Below, one piece after another: positions 24,298 through 40,731 of a stretch of 64,000 bases of DNA; position 1 is the stretch's first letter; the number at the start of each line of letters is the position of its first letter. Made by a program: the position numbers and the translations under genes. The stretch lies in NCBI RefSeq assembly GCF_009914755.1, contig NC_060932.1, one strand, 5' to 3'. This stretch comes from the human T2T-CHM13v2.0 reference genome, Homo sapiens. Below the pieces are notes generated by a model. The model made no database searches. It saw only the letters and a program-made list of their open reading frames with translations, and had not been told where the DNA came from.

Positions 24298-25790
24298 ATA
24301 TTGCCACACTCTACTGCTATACACAATTCCCTGTCTACCTCTACATGCATATTTCACCCATTCCCTCCCTCGCCCCTGTATTCCACCCATGCCAAACCTG
24401 CACATTCAAGCTGTTTGACACCTCTGTGTAGTTCCACATGCAGTAGCCACTCGCTGGGAGTTCCTCATCCTTCTTCCCCTTGTCTGTAACCACAATTCTT
24501 ACTCATCTCTCAAACCAGATCTTACATATTTCCTCCCTTACCCATTGGCATAGTTCTCTTCCTGCAGGCTCCTCATCAAATCTTGAACCCAAGCCTCTTC
24601 CTGAACCAACATTGAGATGGGGAATTTTTTCTGCTCAACTGGTGCTCCTTAAAAGCAAGAGTTGTGTTATTTACATTTTGATCTCCTGATGCCTTGTACT
24701 ATATTGATATGCACTGACATGTAATGAGCACTAAAAAGAGCTTCCATAAATGACTGGTAGTTTCTTAGCCATCCTCCAATGAGAGGGGTTGGTTTTATTG
24801 TAGAACTGGTTGTAGAGGGCAGTAAGAACAGATGTAAGTCCTGTGTGACAAGAATGGGGAGAACTGTGAGAAGCTAAAAGACAAATTGATCTAGAGACAA
24901 ATATTTCAACTTGTTCAAGATATACATAAGTCAACAGCATGTTCTTGGGTCTGATTTCAGCAAAATTGCTTTTGATAGCTAAGCAATTACTATTCTGGGC
25001 ATATTTAGTGACCAGGGTTAGGAAAAAGAAAGGTTACACTGTAGTGAAATCTTATCAGTTAAGATCTTCTGTTAAATAGTACATGTTTATAATTCTGATT
25101 TTCATGCATAGTTTAATATCGCCTTCATTAATCTTATCAGGTTATTTTCCTTGACCACCTGCTTGCTGTAAAAGAACTCTAAATGGACAATGTATTTCCA
25201 TATCCCAAAAAATGATGTTTTTTTGGACATAAGGTATATGTTTCAATATTACTTCACTGATTGGAAAATGGTAATATCAAATAAGACCTAAACAAAATAA
25301 ATGTGAATGATCCCTAATTTATAATAAGTATCCTGCATGTTATTATGAAGATCAACTGACAGACAAGTATTTATTTAAAATTTTTATTGACTGTGTTTTA
25401 TCCACTTTTGAAGGGTCCAAGGTGCTCAGAATATCTGCTGTTAAGTCTGGGTGTCTCTTTTAAACAGAAATTGCATAGTACAGACCTCATCCAAAGTAGC
25501 TGTATGGATGAGATAAATTGAGTACAGAAGAGTTTATATTTCTAAGCTATTCTGTTCTGTTGTATATACTAAACATGACAAGTTTAAGTAGATCCAAAGT
25601 GGATAATATTTTTAATCTTCTGGCAATTTAAGTAGAAACTTTATAGCCTGTGTTTTGATTTCAAGCAGAAAATAACATACAATATAGATTTAATTTACAT
25701 TTATTACCATAAAAGCACATATACTTTATCATCCCATTTTCTTTATTATATGGAATAAAAATTTAGAAAACACTTTTTTGAGTACTGTTG

Positions 25791-26864
25791 TATCAGGGAA
25801 CCTGCCCCCGATAGTCATGTAGTTTCTTTTCTATTTTCCCTTAGCGTCGGCCGGGTTGAGAAATAAGGGGACAGAGTACAAAAGAGAGAAATTTTAAAGC
25901 TGGGCATCCGGGGGAGACATCACATGTCAGTAGGTTCTGTGATGCCCCACAAGCCGTAAAACCAGAAAGTTTTTATTAGGGATTTTCAAAAGGGGAGGGA
26001 GTGTACGAATAGGGTGTGGGTCACAGAGATCACGTACATCACAAGGTAATAGACTATCACAAGGCAAATGGAGGCAGGGCGAGATCACAGGACCACAGGA
26101 CCAGGGCGAAATTAAAATTGCTAATGAAGTTTCAGGCACCATTGTCATTGATAACATCTTATCAGGAGGCAGGGTTTGAGAGTAACCGGTCTGACCAAAA
26201 TTTATTAGGTGGGAATTTCCTCGTCCTAATAAGCCTGGGAGCCCTACAGGAGACTGGGGCTTATTTCATCCCTACAGTTTCAACCACAGAAGATGGCCAC
26301 ACCCAAAGGGGCCATTTTAGAGGCCTACCCTCAGGGGCACATTCTCTTTCTCAGGGATGTTCCTTGCTGAGAAAAAGAATTCAGTGATATTTCCATTTGC
26401 TTTTGAAAGAAGAGAAATATGGCTCTGTTCTGCCAGGCTCATTGGCGGCCAGAGTTTAAGGTTATCTCTCTTGTTCCCTGAACATTGCTGTTACCCTGTT
26501 CTTTTTTCAAGGTGCCCAGATTTCATATTGTTCAAACACACATGCTCTACAATTTGTGCAGTTAACGCAATCATCATGGGGTCCTGAGGCAACATACATC
26601 CTCCTCAGTTTATGAGATGACAGGATTAAGAGATTAAAGTAAAGACAGACATAGGAAATCACAAGGGTATTGATTGGGGAAGTGATAAGTGTCCATGAAA
26701 TCTTCACAATTTATGTTCAGAGATTGCAGTAAAGACAGGCATAAGAAATTATAAAAGTATTAATTTGGGGAACTAATAAATGTCCATGAAATCTTCACAA
26801 TCCATGTTTTTCTGCTATGGCTTCAGCCGGTCCCTCCGTTTGGGGTCCCTGACTTCCCGCGACA
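25791..26864 (-). mobile_element. MER11 (MER11C-size) solo LTR of HERV-K(HML-8), 1074 bp
   Basis: Minus strand begins TGTCGCGGGAAGTCAGGGACCCC..GGAGGGACCGGCTGAAGCC; 6-bp TSD CTGTTG at 25785-25790 and 26865-26870; duplicated 'gtccatgaaatcttcacaat' block. Confidence 0.92.
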
Positions 26865-29206
26865 CTGTTGGTAAGTATTAATACATACATGCCATAGATG
26901 ACTTAATGTATATTGTACAACTATCTTCTTTCAGGTGGCTAATTATATAGATAACTAAGTTGTCTATATCCCTAAAATAAAGTTATTCATAGGTATGTGA
27001 TAAACATTTCATCTGTCTCCTACTCTTATATATATGGGCTTAACTGAATTGAATTTAAAAGAAGTCAGCTTAAAACATATGAAGGAATTGGGAGACGTGA
27101 TGTGATTTGCTGATGTTTAAATCTTGTGGACCAATTACACAAAGAATCAGTCAACACAGGGTTGTCGATATTGACAATCTGTCTACAGACCATGTGTAGA
27201 AATGTAGAAATGAACACAAAGGCATGAACACAAATCTCTGACATTGTATAATTTTAAACTGCAATTAATTACTAGCAGCTATGCAAAAAATAATTTACAT
27301 TAGGATATAATAAATTTATTGAAAAATTAAGTATACATGCATTTTTTTGCATAAATGCAAAAAGAAATTGAGTGAAAAAAACAGTGCAAAAAGTCTAAGT
27401 AAGAGTTTAAGGTGAGGACAGTCATGGAGAGGACCATTTCAATATATCATTACTGTTATTCTTTTGTCAGTTATATATGAAAAACACATACAAAAGAATG
27501 GAAAAGGAAGGTAATAACAATATTATTAGATGATAGTTGATGTTTTTATTTAATATATGCTATTATCTAACATATGCTATAATTTAATGACATAAAGGGT
27601 CAATATATACTCTGGCCCATATACTGGGTGACTTGGAGGCTCCCATTTTTGAGCAGAGCACAAAACATAAGGTGCTGTAGCAGCTCTAGGCTGTGGTATA
27701 ATCAGCCTCCTGCCTTAGACCATACAATTTTAAAGTCCCTATGGTGTTGGAGAAACCAGCAGTTGGAAAAGATGCAGTATGAAGCTCTTCTAAATACTTT
27801 TTTTCTTGGCAAAGAAAATGGCAAAGATATGTGCAAATCTAAACAAACATTAACTGCATACACAATAAGAATAATGTTCAATATGGGAGGATTAAGAAAA
27901 TATGTGAGAACCAAAAGATTTATGTAATAACATGTATGCTGGGATGTAGATGGTCAGAGTTAACCCATCCTAAAATCTTTGCATTATTTGGTGCGAGGAA
28001 AAAGATTTTGATTAATTTTATATTAAAGTCAGTGTTCTTGTTAGAATTTTAAGAATAACCACTGAAAAAATTGTACTAGAATATGAAACTTGTATACTAA
28101 TGCAGCAAAAAAATGAAATAAAAAATGTAAAAACTCAACCTACATCAGAGAAGAACTTAAAAGTAGGATAGATTTAAAAACTCCAGTAGAAATAAATCAA
28201 AATATGTCAGTAATCATAATATATTATTTTGAGATACATATATACACATTATAAAACTATGAAGTAAAGCAAAGGAATGATAAAATTGCATGATAATATT
28301 TTCTTGGAAGAGACAAAGTTGAATGCTATCAAGGAAGGGTACTGAAAGAGATTCAAATATTATGAGAAATCTTTTCTCTTAAGGTAGGTAGTATATACAT
28401 AGATTTTTTTCTTTCTTTTTTTGTATATAGATATATACAGAAATTTCTTTATTCTCGTGTTTTAAAATATTTCATCATTTTACAATGTATGCATATATCA
28501 TAACATCACATTATATCTCATAAATATATAAAATGAATATTTGCCAACTAATAATAAAATAAAATTTTAAAGATAGATGAAATGCAAATGGTCTAAGCAC
28601 ATTAATTAAAAAAACTTTGTCAGAAAAAATATTTTATAATAAATATTAAAAGAGAAAAACTACAGATACACTTCAGAGAAAAATAATCATGCAAAGATTA
28701 TTAGAGCATGGACAGCTCATTTTATAAGGAAAGCATTCAGAATTACAGTTGGGGAAAAAAGAATATTTTTAGTCCTGAATGAAGTTATTAAACTTGACAA
28801 GGTTTGTTTGTTTTTGGAGTTGCTGTTTTAGATCTTTCTTAGCTTTTCTTCCAGTGTTTATTTATACTTACTGTCAGGAACTTATTCTATAAATCTTATT
28901 GAATCATCATCTTAAGGCATCTTATAACATTTTATTGTTTGTAAGAAGAGCAACTGAAATATCACTCATTATTCTTTCAAATCAAATCAGTGGCATTTAC
29001 TCTACTCTCTTAGCTAAAGCTCTCCTGGCCTCTGTTGCCGAGTGAATCCTGAGGCTGCTGCAGCTGGGAGAATTGAGGCATAACCATACCAGGCAATTAT
29101 TGTTTCCAATTAAATGCCATCTCTTTCTTCACAGAGAGGCAAAAGTGTCCACATAAATATCCCTTGATTTGTTTCTGTCTTTTTTTTCTGCTCTGTCCAT
29201 TGCCTA

Positions 29207-29749
<543 letters not shown>

Positions 29750-30141
29750 CTAAACCTACATAGATGAGGCCCAGGTCTAAATGATGCACAGATGTAATGC
29801 TGCCCAGGAAATCACCTGAGACTTTGTGAGGTTCACTTATCTCTCTGAATGGTTACTGCTCTGAAAGTACCTCCCTTTGTCTTCCTGTGCTTTGAGGAAA
29901 AACTTTCTCCTCTTGGTGATGCATTCTAATTCCTCATACCTCATGTGTAATAATTAAGTGTGTGAATCTCAGGGCAGCCCCTTCTGAATTGTGGGCCCAA
30001 CTTGTCTAAACGTCAGTTTCCTATCAGTAACATGGGCCAGAGATAGCACTTATGATATTGGGTGCTGGGAAGAATTTAAAAAGATAATGCAGGTAGAGTT
30101 CACAATAAACATAGGTTAGTCTCATCACTAACCTGTTAGAG

Positions 30142-30808
30142 CAGTGTTTTCAAACTTCTTATATAAAATATATAAAGATGCATTTTAAAGAAAAACAATT
30201 CTGACAGACTCCAAGTTTTTATTTATATTATTTTTATACTTCTCAAATAGGTACAAAAATAAAAGTAGATATAAATTCTGTATTTCTATAGCTGTTAAAC
30301 ATCTATAAATAAAAATGTGTTTATAGATTAAATTCAAAGCCCCAAAAACAGTGCAATTCAAATAGATGATATTAATTTAATGTTGTTTGTTCAAAATGGT
30401 ACTGGGTGCCATAGCACCAATTCTTTTGACATGTTTTGAGTTTGGCATGCTTTAATTACCATATGCTGCATGATACCTCAGTTCTTTCATATTTAAAATC
30501 TGAATTATTTTTAAACTGCATGTCTGAACACCGCTTTAGCATACAACTTTTCTTTTTTTTCTCATTAGCCTGAAGTTTAGTTTTAATACAATGGGTACTG
30601 ATGCTGTTGTACAAATGAAGGCAAACAGGAACACAGACACTGAGTACTGCAAATGCCCAGTGAAAGGTGGTCCTCTAAGTGATCCAGAAAGTTCTTCATT
30701 AACTTTCTCTATAATCAGCTAAGTCGATGAAAACACAGAATTAAAATATTTTCATGGAAATTTTGCAAATGTCCTAGATGAGCTACATGGATCTCAGTTG
30801 AGAAGCTT
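30142..30808. mobile_element. Possible old hAT-Charlie element
   Basis: Terminus-like 'cagtgttttcaaac' and 'cagttgagaagct'; internal sequence is degraded. Confidence 0.3.
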
Positions 30809-31499
30809 TAATATTTCTTTGTTAAAACTGGATAATTATTTCTGAACATGCCAGAGAATAGTGTTCAGATAACAGTTAAGCAATTTTCCTGGTAAATTCA
30901 CTAAGATCTACCAAGTGGAAAGCATCATTTTCTGTTCTATACCTTTTTACTGAAGGCAAGAGATATTTCCTTCCCAGGGTAATAATAGCTTTTCTTGGCA
31001 TAAACATTAATCTGAGAACTTAGAAACTTTGACTGGGAATTCTGAATACTAATGGTCGTGGGTGTAAAATGAAGTAATTTATGTGTCATAGCTAATTAAG
31101 ATTACAGTATTTCAAGGCACTTAAAATTCAAGTTCAAAGAAATTTTAATGCTTTGGTCTGATAGGTGGTGTCAAGGAGCCCTTGAAAGGGCTTCCTGCCT
31201 ACAGCAATAGGCGTGCAGCAGCTCATTTACCACATCCTATAATTAAAGTAGAATAAAACTTCACTCATATTTGTTTTGGATCCTAAATATTTCAAAGAAA
31301 ATTTAGTCATTACTTGCAAGTTTATTTAGAAATGGAAAGCTTTTGTAGGGTTTGTTTTATAATCTTTTCATTAGTAAATGGCTTTCATTGATTTGAGCTA
31401 TTTTTCTGATGTAGGTGAAGTATGAAGTTATGAGGAGAAAGGAACAGAGGACAACCACACAGAGAAAGTGTAGCTTTATCTACTAGAGCTGAAGACATT

Positions 31500-32280
<781 letters not shown>

Positions 32281-35200
32281 TTATGGAGCTCCTTAAACAC
32301 TTTAAATTTTACTTGTGTAATGGGATTATGTCTACTTCAAGCGGTTATTGTAAGGATTAAATAACAATGTATGTAAAGTGCTGTGCAGTGTACCATGTCT
32401 AATAAATACTCCAACAGCTGTAATTGTCATTGCTATCAATATCACTGTTAAGCTGTATATATAATAAGTTTTGAAAACTTACATAGTTAACCATATTCAA
32501 TCTCCATTTTGTGTTAGACAGTTCTCAAACCCTGAGGTGCTTTCCTGGAAACAGTCCTATTGAAAGCAGCTGCTCCATTATTGTAAGGATGTTGTTGAGG
32601 GTATTGGTGTTATAGCACATTTGTTCTCTTGGGAAGGACCTACCGAAGAAATATCTTTCTGATCTCAATTTGAAATTAATTGTACTCTCCTGAGCAACAG
32701 ATTTTGATTATTGTCCAAGTTTAATATTACACACATTGTGAATCCTGTAGGGAAATGTATCTTTCTTCTTGGCTTTCTATTTGGATACTGAAAATCTTAG
32801 AATCAAATCTGTGCTCTAGCTTTATCAAATGTATATAGACTTACACCATGCATTTTCTGGATAAACTGCGTTTTCCTTATTTACTTGTTTTTGTTTGTTT
32901 TTGTCTCATGTTTATGTAAGCTACCTTAAATTCTTTTGGGAGCAAGAAGAAGGCTTAAGCACATAAATGAAAAACAAATAAATGACATCATGTTGGATTT
33001 AGTTATGGAAATATCTGCCAAGACAGTAGTATTCACCAAGTTGAAACTCTTAAAAAATGTGCTGAATAAATGAATACATGAGCGATTTGGCATTTGGGGA
33101 TGGCTCCATTAAAAACAAAATAGAACTTGAGCAAAACTTTGGAAAAATTGAAGCCTGTGGAATGAATAAGGGACTGGGGCATATTGAAAATGATAGTATA
33201 AAATGGAGTGAAATCAGCATGGCACTGTGGTCCACAGAACATCCTATTCAGAGTACAGAAGTGTTGGCGATAGACGTCAATTGATGACTGTGATGGGGGA
33301 CACTTTCTTCTTCACAATAAAATGAAGAAGGGACAAATCCAAGTAGAAAAATTAATAGCCTTAGTAACAAATTACACAGAAAGTGCAGAAAAGGAGAAAT
33401 CAGGAGTCTTTTCAAGATTGTTTTTGGCTTAACATAGAAATGAAAATTTGAGGGACAGCCAACTAAAGAAGCCATACTCAAACAGCTCATGAGACAGTTA
33501 CAAGTCCAGGCAATTAATTTCTTCATTGTAAATCACAAATTTAGAATTTGTGAATTCTGATGATGTACTTTTGTATTTCGTACATTAATAAATCAGTGGA
33601 ATGTAATATTTCTCCTTTGGGATTGATTGCAAGCAAAGGTCAGTTAGGACTTGAACAATGGATGGAGCAGAAGGGATAAAAAATTGCATCATTTTATCAT
33701 GGTTTTAGTACTTTTATAACAAAACATAAATGCATGGTTTGTATCAACAAATGAATAAAAGAATTGTAAAAAGGTCTACATTTAGCATTTTAACTTATTT
33801 ATTCAAAACTATTAGTATAAAGTATATGCAAGGCACAGTGGTAGACAAGATGGACATAATCTTTGGCCTATTAAAGCTTATATTTTTGAGAAACACACCA
33901 AAATAAATGCCTGTATCTGAAAATTCATGCAAAATTTCAAATAAGGCATTAGAAGATACTGATAAAATGGCTTCCCTTCTCTCTTATGCTATGGGAAATT
34001 ATTGCTCACAAAATACAAGTTGCTATCTTTTCATGACTTTTGTGTAGATTTAAAAATCAAATTATTATTTACAAAGCAGCATTACTGGAGTAATGAATAC
34101 TTCCTCCTTATTGATTTTTCTGAAAACTGCCTTCCTTATTTCATTCACACTTCATCTATAATTGGGAAAGGGAAACTACTAAATTGATAAATTCAACAAA
34201 GGGGGAATATATCTTGAATACGAACTGTTATTACTGTTGACAGTCCAATAAGAGAGACACCATAGAAAAATTTATGGGAGTTCTTGAAATTGGCTGAAGC
34301 AATTTTCAGCACACTATATTTCATTCTTAGACAAAACCAAAGCCTTATTTCTTACACATTTTTTAGAAGTCAACATCTAACAGGCAGTGGAAACTTCTCC
34401 AAAATTACTTGGCATTACCCAATTCTATCAACTGTTTAAAACTCAGGTATTTCAGTATTGGGACCTCTAATTGGGATGTCTATCCATTTAACAATTCTAA
34501 TGAGTTTATTTTACTGGATATGTGCCTGACAATAACATTCCATAGTTGCTAAAATGTCTTATCATTCAAACTCCTTGTTGGGGTGCCTGGTAGCTACACA
34601 TTATTTGGGAACTGCAGATTTGCTGGGCAGATAGGGAGACCTTAATTAGGGAAGCTTGGGTATACTCTGGTTTTCAGCTTTCCCACCTTTCATTTGATTT
34701 TTTCATCATCTTAGTTTTTCCTTTGTGAGGCAATTTCCTGAGGAAAAACTGGGGTTACTGCCTTTAGTGTCTGCTCACCCCCAACAAGCTTTTCCTTTCC
34801 TGTTACTGTTTTTTCTTCCTTTGATTTTTTTTTTTCTCTGAAACATACGTATCAATGAGTTCTTTCACTTGATAATCCTGAGAGTCCTGGATCAGAACTG
34901 CAACTTGAGGCAGAGATTTGGGGGATCTATTTTTACGTACATTATCTTCATTTTGAAGGTGAAGAAGCCAACTGTAGGTGAATTTTCCAGGACTGAGCAG
35001 AGTTCAGAGTTCAGAAATCATACACAAATAGCCATCAACAGTGAATCCTGTCCTCTTGATTCCTATTCTGACTTCTGCAAGTTTTCCAACTATGGCCTTT
35101 ACCTCTACTTCCCTCTACACATCACCATTGTAACCCATGTGTATTTGAGGTCAAATCTGGCCAAGAGTACCCTATAAGTTGAGAAAGTAATCCTAATGTT

Positions 35201-35747
35201 CTGAGCACAAAATAGTGTTCTTTGTAGCATAAAAAAGGACCTTGACACACTATTAAATTTTAAATTATTTTAGTACATGTTTTTATATTTTATTTCATTT
35301 TTGAAAATAGAATATTTGTTCAAAGATATTTGTCAAGATAAAACTTTTCTTATGATAATTAAATTACAAAAAGGATTGCATTATGTGGAAAATTATTGTT
35401 TTCTTTTTTTTTTTGAATGTATGGTACCTTCCAGCCTGTTACTCGTGCAAATACTCCAAAACAACCCCAAAGCATGCACATCATCCAGTATATTATTGAC
35501 ACAGTGTATGTTCCACAAGTGCTTGCTTAGTCTTGAAGAGGTAAAGGAAATACCCTATTGGCCAGCTTAAAGAGAGAGGTTGCCTTTCAATGGTTGGGAA
35601 TGATTTTTGTTCATGTCACTATCACACTTGAACAGATCTTTGATGGGGCTATACAGATCACAGAATAAAGTTCAAATCTGACTCTTACTTAGCTCTCCAA
35701 TGTAACTCTTTGCCCCATCTGCCTCCATCTATCCCCACTCTGCACCA

Positions 35748-36325
<578 letters not shown>

Positions 36326-37971
36326 GTAGGGTATACTTTTATTCACTCCACTGGTCATATTGATGAGCCTTTTCCCGTCCATTGGCTCGTAACTGTTGTC
36401 CTCCCCAAATCCGTACTCTAAACAACCCTGAATATTTGCAGTTTTCTCAGAATCTGGCATATTTTCAGCCCCCTCAGCTTTCTACCCCACTTTGGCTTAC
36501 GCTGCTCTCTGTCTGAATGTCCTCTCCACTCATCCTCTTAGCAAAGTTCTATCCACCCATTTTTAAACACTGACCACAGACAGTCACTAAAAGGCCTTTT
36601 TCAACCTCCCTTCCACCTGATGTCCAACAGCCCAGCGAAGCTATCCTTTTTCTCGTTTCACTTAACATTGCTCATACAGTGTAGGAGGTACAATACTGAA
36701 ATGTATTTAGCTGTGACTGATAGCCATTTCCCCCACTAGCATGTAAGCCACATTCTTATTCCTCTTCATATCCTTGATGTTTTACACAGGGAGCAGCACC
36801 AAGAATGGCCAGTGCTTGTTGAAACGGCACATAGAATAGAGTTCTTGCAAACTTTTTTACCTGCACCTTCACCAAGAATCATTTTTAACTTGTACCAGAA
36901 CAAGAAAACCCAGAAATGTTTCATGATGACATAGAACCCAAAGTTCAGATTTCAGAATTATGCATGCTCAGAGACTGTATCTTTGGAACCAGTGTGGCCA
37001 CCTGCTGCTGTCTCCTGCAGAAGTGAAGGCACAAGTGGTCTTGCTCTCAGGGGCCTCACATTCTAGAGGCAAGCTGGAGCAGTTCATTTCAATACTGACT
37101 ATCACTCAAGTGCCTGCTCAGCTAGTTCTGAAAGTAGATCAGCCAACATTCTCCTTTTCCATCATTCTAGCTTTTAGATGCAGAACCTTAGAAACAGAAG
37201 GTGGTGAGATGTTAAGCAGTTTATCCAAAGACACACAGCAAGGTAGTGTCAGACGTGCCTGTAGAGATCATTTCTTAGCACTGAATGCAGTAAAAGTTAC
37301 TCCAAACATCTTGGTTTCCTTTCTCTTGAACTTGGTTGATGACTTCCTATTAGTACACACCCTTTACACAAAACTGGCACACACAAAACACGCCACATGC
37401 ATGAGTGTTTTTAAGAATTAGGGGTCAGCCACTCTTACCAGATTCAAATTTGTTGTATCTTTTAATCATTTGGCTTGGTGCCTTAAGGTTTCAAGGTGAG
37501 CTTGGCTTTCAAGCTACAGCAGAAGGTGTGGAGCCAGAAAGCCCCTGCCTGGAGCCCTGCAGTGTGTCCTTCCTGGCCGCTCTTCCTTCCGGCTCTCAAC
37601 TCCTTCCTGACAACCCTCCACGGATCTGCTTTCCTTCTGGAGTTTCCACATTCTAGCACTTTCCTAACCTGGACAAACCCCATACACTGCTTCCTGTCCA
37701 CATCACCATACCCTTAATCTCATGTCCCAGGCCTTTAGTTTCCTTCAGCAGACCACAGGGTTGCAGGTGAAAATGGGAGGGTGTGGCTCCTCCCCACAAG
37801 TTTTTGTACTTACCAGGGCCTCCTGCTGGCTATGTCTAAGGGTAAAGTAGTGAGTAATGCACACCTATTGGGGGATTTTCATCACACAGGCAAAGGGGCA
37901 TTTGAGGCCTCTGATGCACATTCTGTATCCAGCCACTCCCATGCCATGCCATCCTTTGAAATAAATTAGAC

Positions 37972-38369
37972 GGTATATCAGGTAGCCAGGACTGTCATAA
38001 CAAAGTACCACAGACTGGGTGCCTTAACCAGAAATCAACTTCTCACAGTTCTGGAGGCTAGAAGTGAAAGACTGAGGTGTTGGCAGGGTTGCTTTCTTCT
38101 GAGGCATCTCTCCTTGGCTTGCAGATGACTGTCTTCTCTCTGTGTCTTCATTTTGTACCTGCCAGTGTCCTAATCCTGTCTTATTATAAGAACACCAGTC
38201 TTCTTGGGTTAGAGCCCACCCTAATGACCTCATTTTAACTTAATTATCTCCTTTAAAACCCTATCTCCAAATATAATCGTATTCTGTGGTACTGGGAGTT
38301 AGGGCTTCAACAGATAAATATGTGGCAGCGGGCAGGGATGGCAGGGATGTTGTAATTTAGCTGATAGCA
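37972..38369 (-). mobile_element. MLT1A/B-type MaLR solo LTR
   Basis: 'cataacaaagtaccacagactgggtg..tctcacagttctggaggctagaag..cccaccctaatgacctcattttaacttaatta'. Confidence 0.8.
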
Positions 38370-39989
38370 GATGGGAAGCCCCAACTCCGAAATTCACCTA
38401 CCCCTTCTATTCCACTTCATATTATGGTAACATAGGTTTGACCAAGAAGGACGTTGGGTCACTAGGTGACAAGATGGGTTTCATGCGCCTTTGCAGTCCC
38501 AGACATATGCACACGTATGCCTCAGAAACCACCCTGCTCCTTCCACACCATGTTCTATGGGACTAAAACCACAGGGCTGGCCTACACAGCTCGTGGCGAT
38601 GAAACTTGACTTACACTTGTTTTACATCATGGCACCTCTCTAAGAAATTTTTTTTCTAGAATAAAAAGTGATACAAATCAGTTAATTGAAGTTTGTGTTA
38701 ACACAATTCTTTTTTGAAATAATTCTATGGGCATCTGTGTTCTAGAATCTGCATTAGTGTTAGTTCTATCGAATAATCCTCCTATTGGGATCTGTTGTAA
38801 AAGTTTTCTTCTAAAGTAAGTTATCTGCAATAAATGTTCATGCACCTTCCCTTAAAAATATAATTAATATCCTCTTTACCAACAATAAAAGTTATATTGC
38901 TATTATCCAGAACTATTTTCCTTTATGTCTTTAAAAGCTTTAAATGTTTAATTGTATTTGTAATATTAATAGTATAACCTTGTTTAACCCATTTGGATTT
39001 CCCCCCTCAAGTACACCCATAACTAAATATGAACAGGTTAATATCTATATTCAACCATCTTTACAATTAAAGAAAAAAATTGATATGTATGATTATTTAC
39101 TGTTTCTGCAATGGTTTGGTAACATACGATACAGTTTATTCCCATGGGTTTCTAAGTCGTCATGGTTGTCAGTTGTTGAATATCCAATGAGATGTTACAC
39201 TGATGAACAACCAATATAGTCTCTTCATTAACATATATGCAAATCTCATCCAGGTAAATAGGTAGCACGATCTCCTCCAGGTGGAAATAGATACAGTTAC
39301 CTGGCTGTAAAAAGGACAGAAACATAATTTTAGTTTTCCTCTCCTATGCTTTTCTATAGTTTTCAATAGAACAATATGTTTTACTTTTAGGATCAGAAAT
39401 AAAACCCAGAAAAATGTGTTTTACAAGAGAATAAAACTATATAAATGGTCAGTCAAACTTAATGGCCAAATAAAATGAATGATTTAGCATATTATTCTAT
39501 GGTCTACTTGTTTTTTAAGTGGAAAAAACTTCATAAGGCCTTAAAATGGTTGAATGAGATTTTATTGAGATAGATGATGAAAAATATTTAAACATTAACA
39601 AACATACATGAGGCATCGTGGGAAAAGAAAATGTATCCACAAAAAGTCCCACAGGTTTTCATTGTTTGCACAAAGGCAACTGTGCTCTCGTTCAAAGAAA
39701 ATTGTTTCAGGACATGCTTTATGATGTCTTGTCAACAAATTATACTTACCAGATTTATAGGCCAAAGTCCCAGTTTTCTCATTTATAGGACGTGGATAAG
39801 TTCTGACTCTTCCTTTCCCTCCATATTTGTTAGATAGAGCCACACCAGTTCCTCAGGGACAAAAACATGAGACAGAAATAGAAGGTTCTAGAAACTATCT
39901 AATAGTGTTAGGAAACATTAACTTTGTGTAGACCTGACTTAGTGAGAAAGTGTTTTCACTATGTAGAAGAATCCTGAGAATGGTAGAAA

Positions 39990-40205
39990 CATTCATTCGT
40001 TCATTCAATAAACATTTTTAAGGTGGAAAAAAGGAAAAACAAATTTTGTCACTTGTAAAATATGTTCAGATCCAACCTTCACTAACTCCATTGTGTAATT
40101 ATATAGTAGGACCTTGGAAAAGGATCAGGAATAAGACAAGGTCTCTGTCCTTGTGGAGCCTACAGTCCAGTGGACAAGACAGACAATAAATAAGGAAGCA
40201 ATAGG
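39990..40205 (-). mobile_element. L2 3' end, interrupted by a 77-bp local duplicate
   Basis: 'cattcattcgttcattcaataaacatttt' ... 'aataagacaaggtctctgtccttgtggagcctacagtccagtgg..agacagacaataaataa'. Confidence 0.7.
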
Positions 40206-40731
40206 TAAAATAATTACCCAATTAATTCAAACAACAGCATAATCACAAAACTATTTTACAATTAGTTTTGCAAAAAGTAATAGTGTTTAGTGCTATGAAG
40301 TAGATTGGGTTAAGCGTAAACATTATTTATTGTAGGTCTTACATAGGTTGGGGTGTTTATGTCTTACTCCTTTAATATAGGAATTGAACATTCAATCAGA
40401 AATTCTAATAATACAAAATTAGCTGCAATATGAATAACTAATTACCTAGAAAGAAGCACTTTTTAGTATTAGTGACATCATTTTTTTCTTTAGACTCCTC
40501 TCATCTTTAATCACATACGTATACACAATCATTTTAGTTTTAGTTTCTGCAGCATCTTTGACCTTGTTGGAAATGTCAGAAAATTGCTGAACCTTTACTC
40601 AGCCCCTACAGAGCCATTATAAACCTATTTTGTGAAAGTAACCAGTAGAAGGATGGGTGGAAAAAAGAAAAACAAATTTTGTCACTCGTGAAATATGCCC
40701 AGATACAACCTTCACTAACCCCATTGTGTAA
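40022..40731 (+). repeat. Dispersed direct duplication: 40022-40098 and 40656-40731
   Basis: 77/76-bp copies with 6 substitutions and 1 indel (~91% identity). Confidence 0.92.

Noticed and set aside
26640-26815. Tandem duplication inside the MER11 LTR
   Set aside because: It is part of the MER11 consensus, not locus-specific.
36960-37421. Longest ORF in the track (153 aa)
   Set aside because: No recognisable domain, overlaps a MIR-like fragment, and is within chance length for 64 kb.
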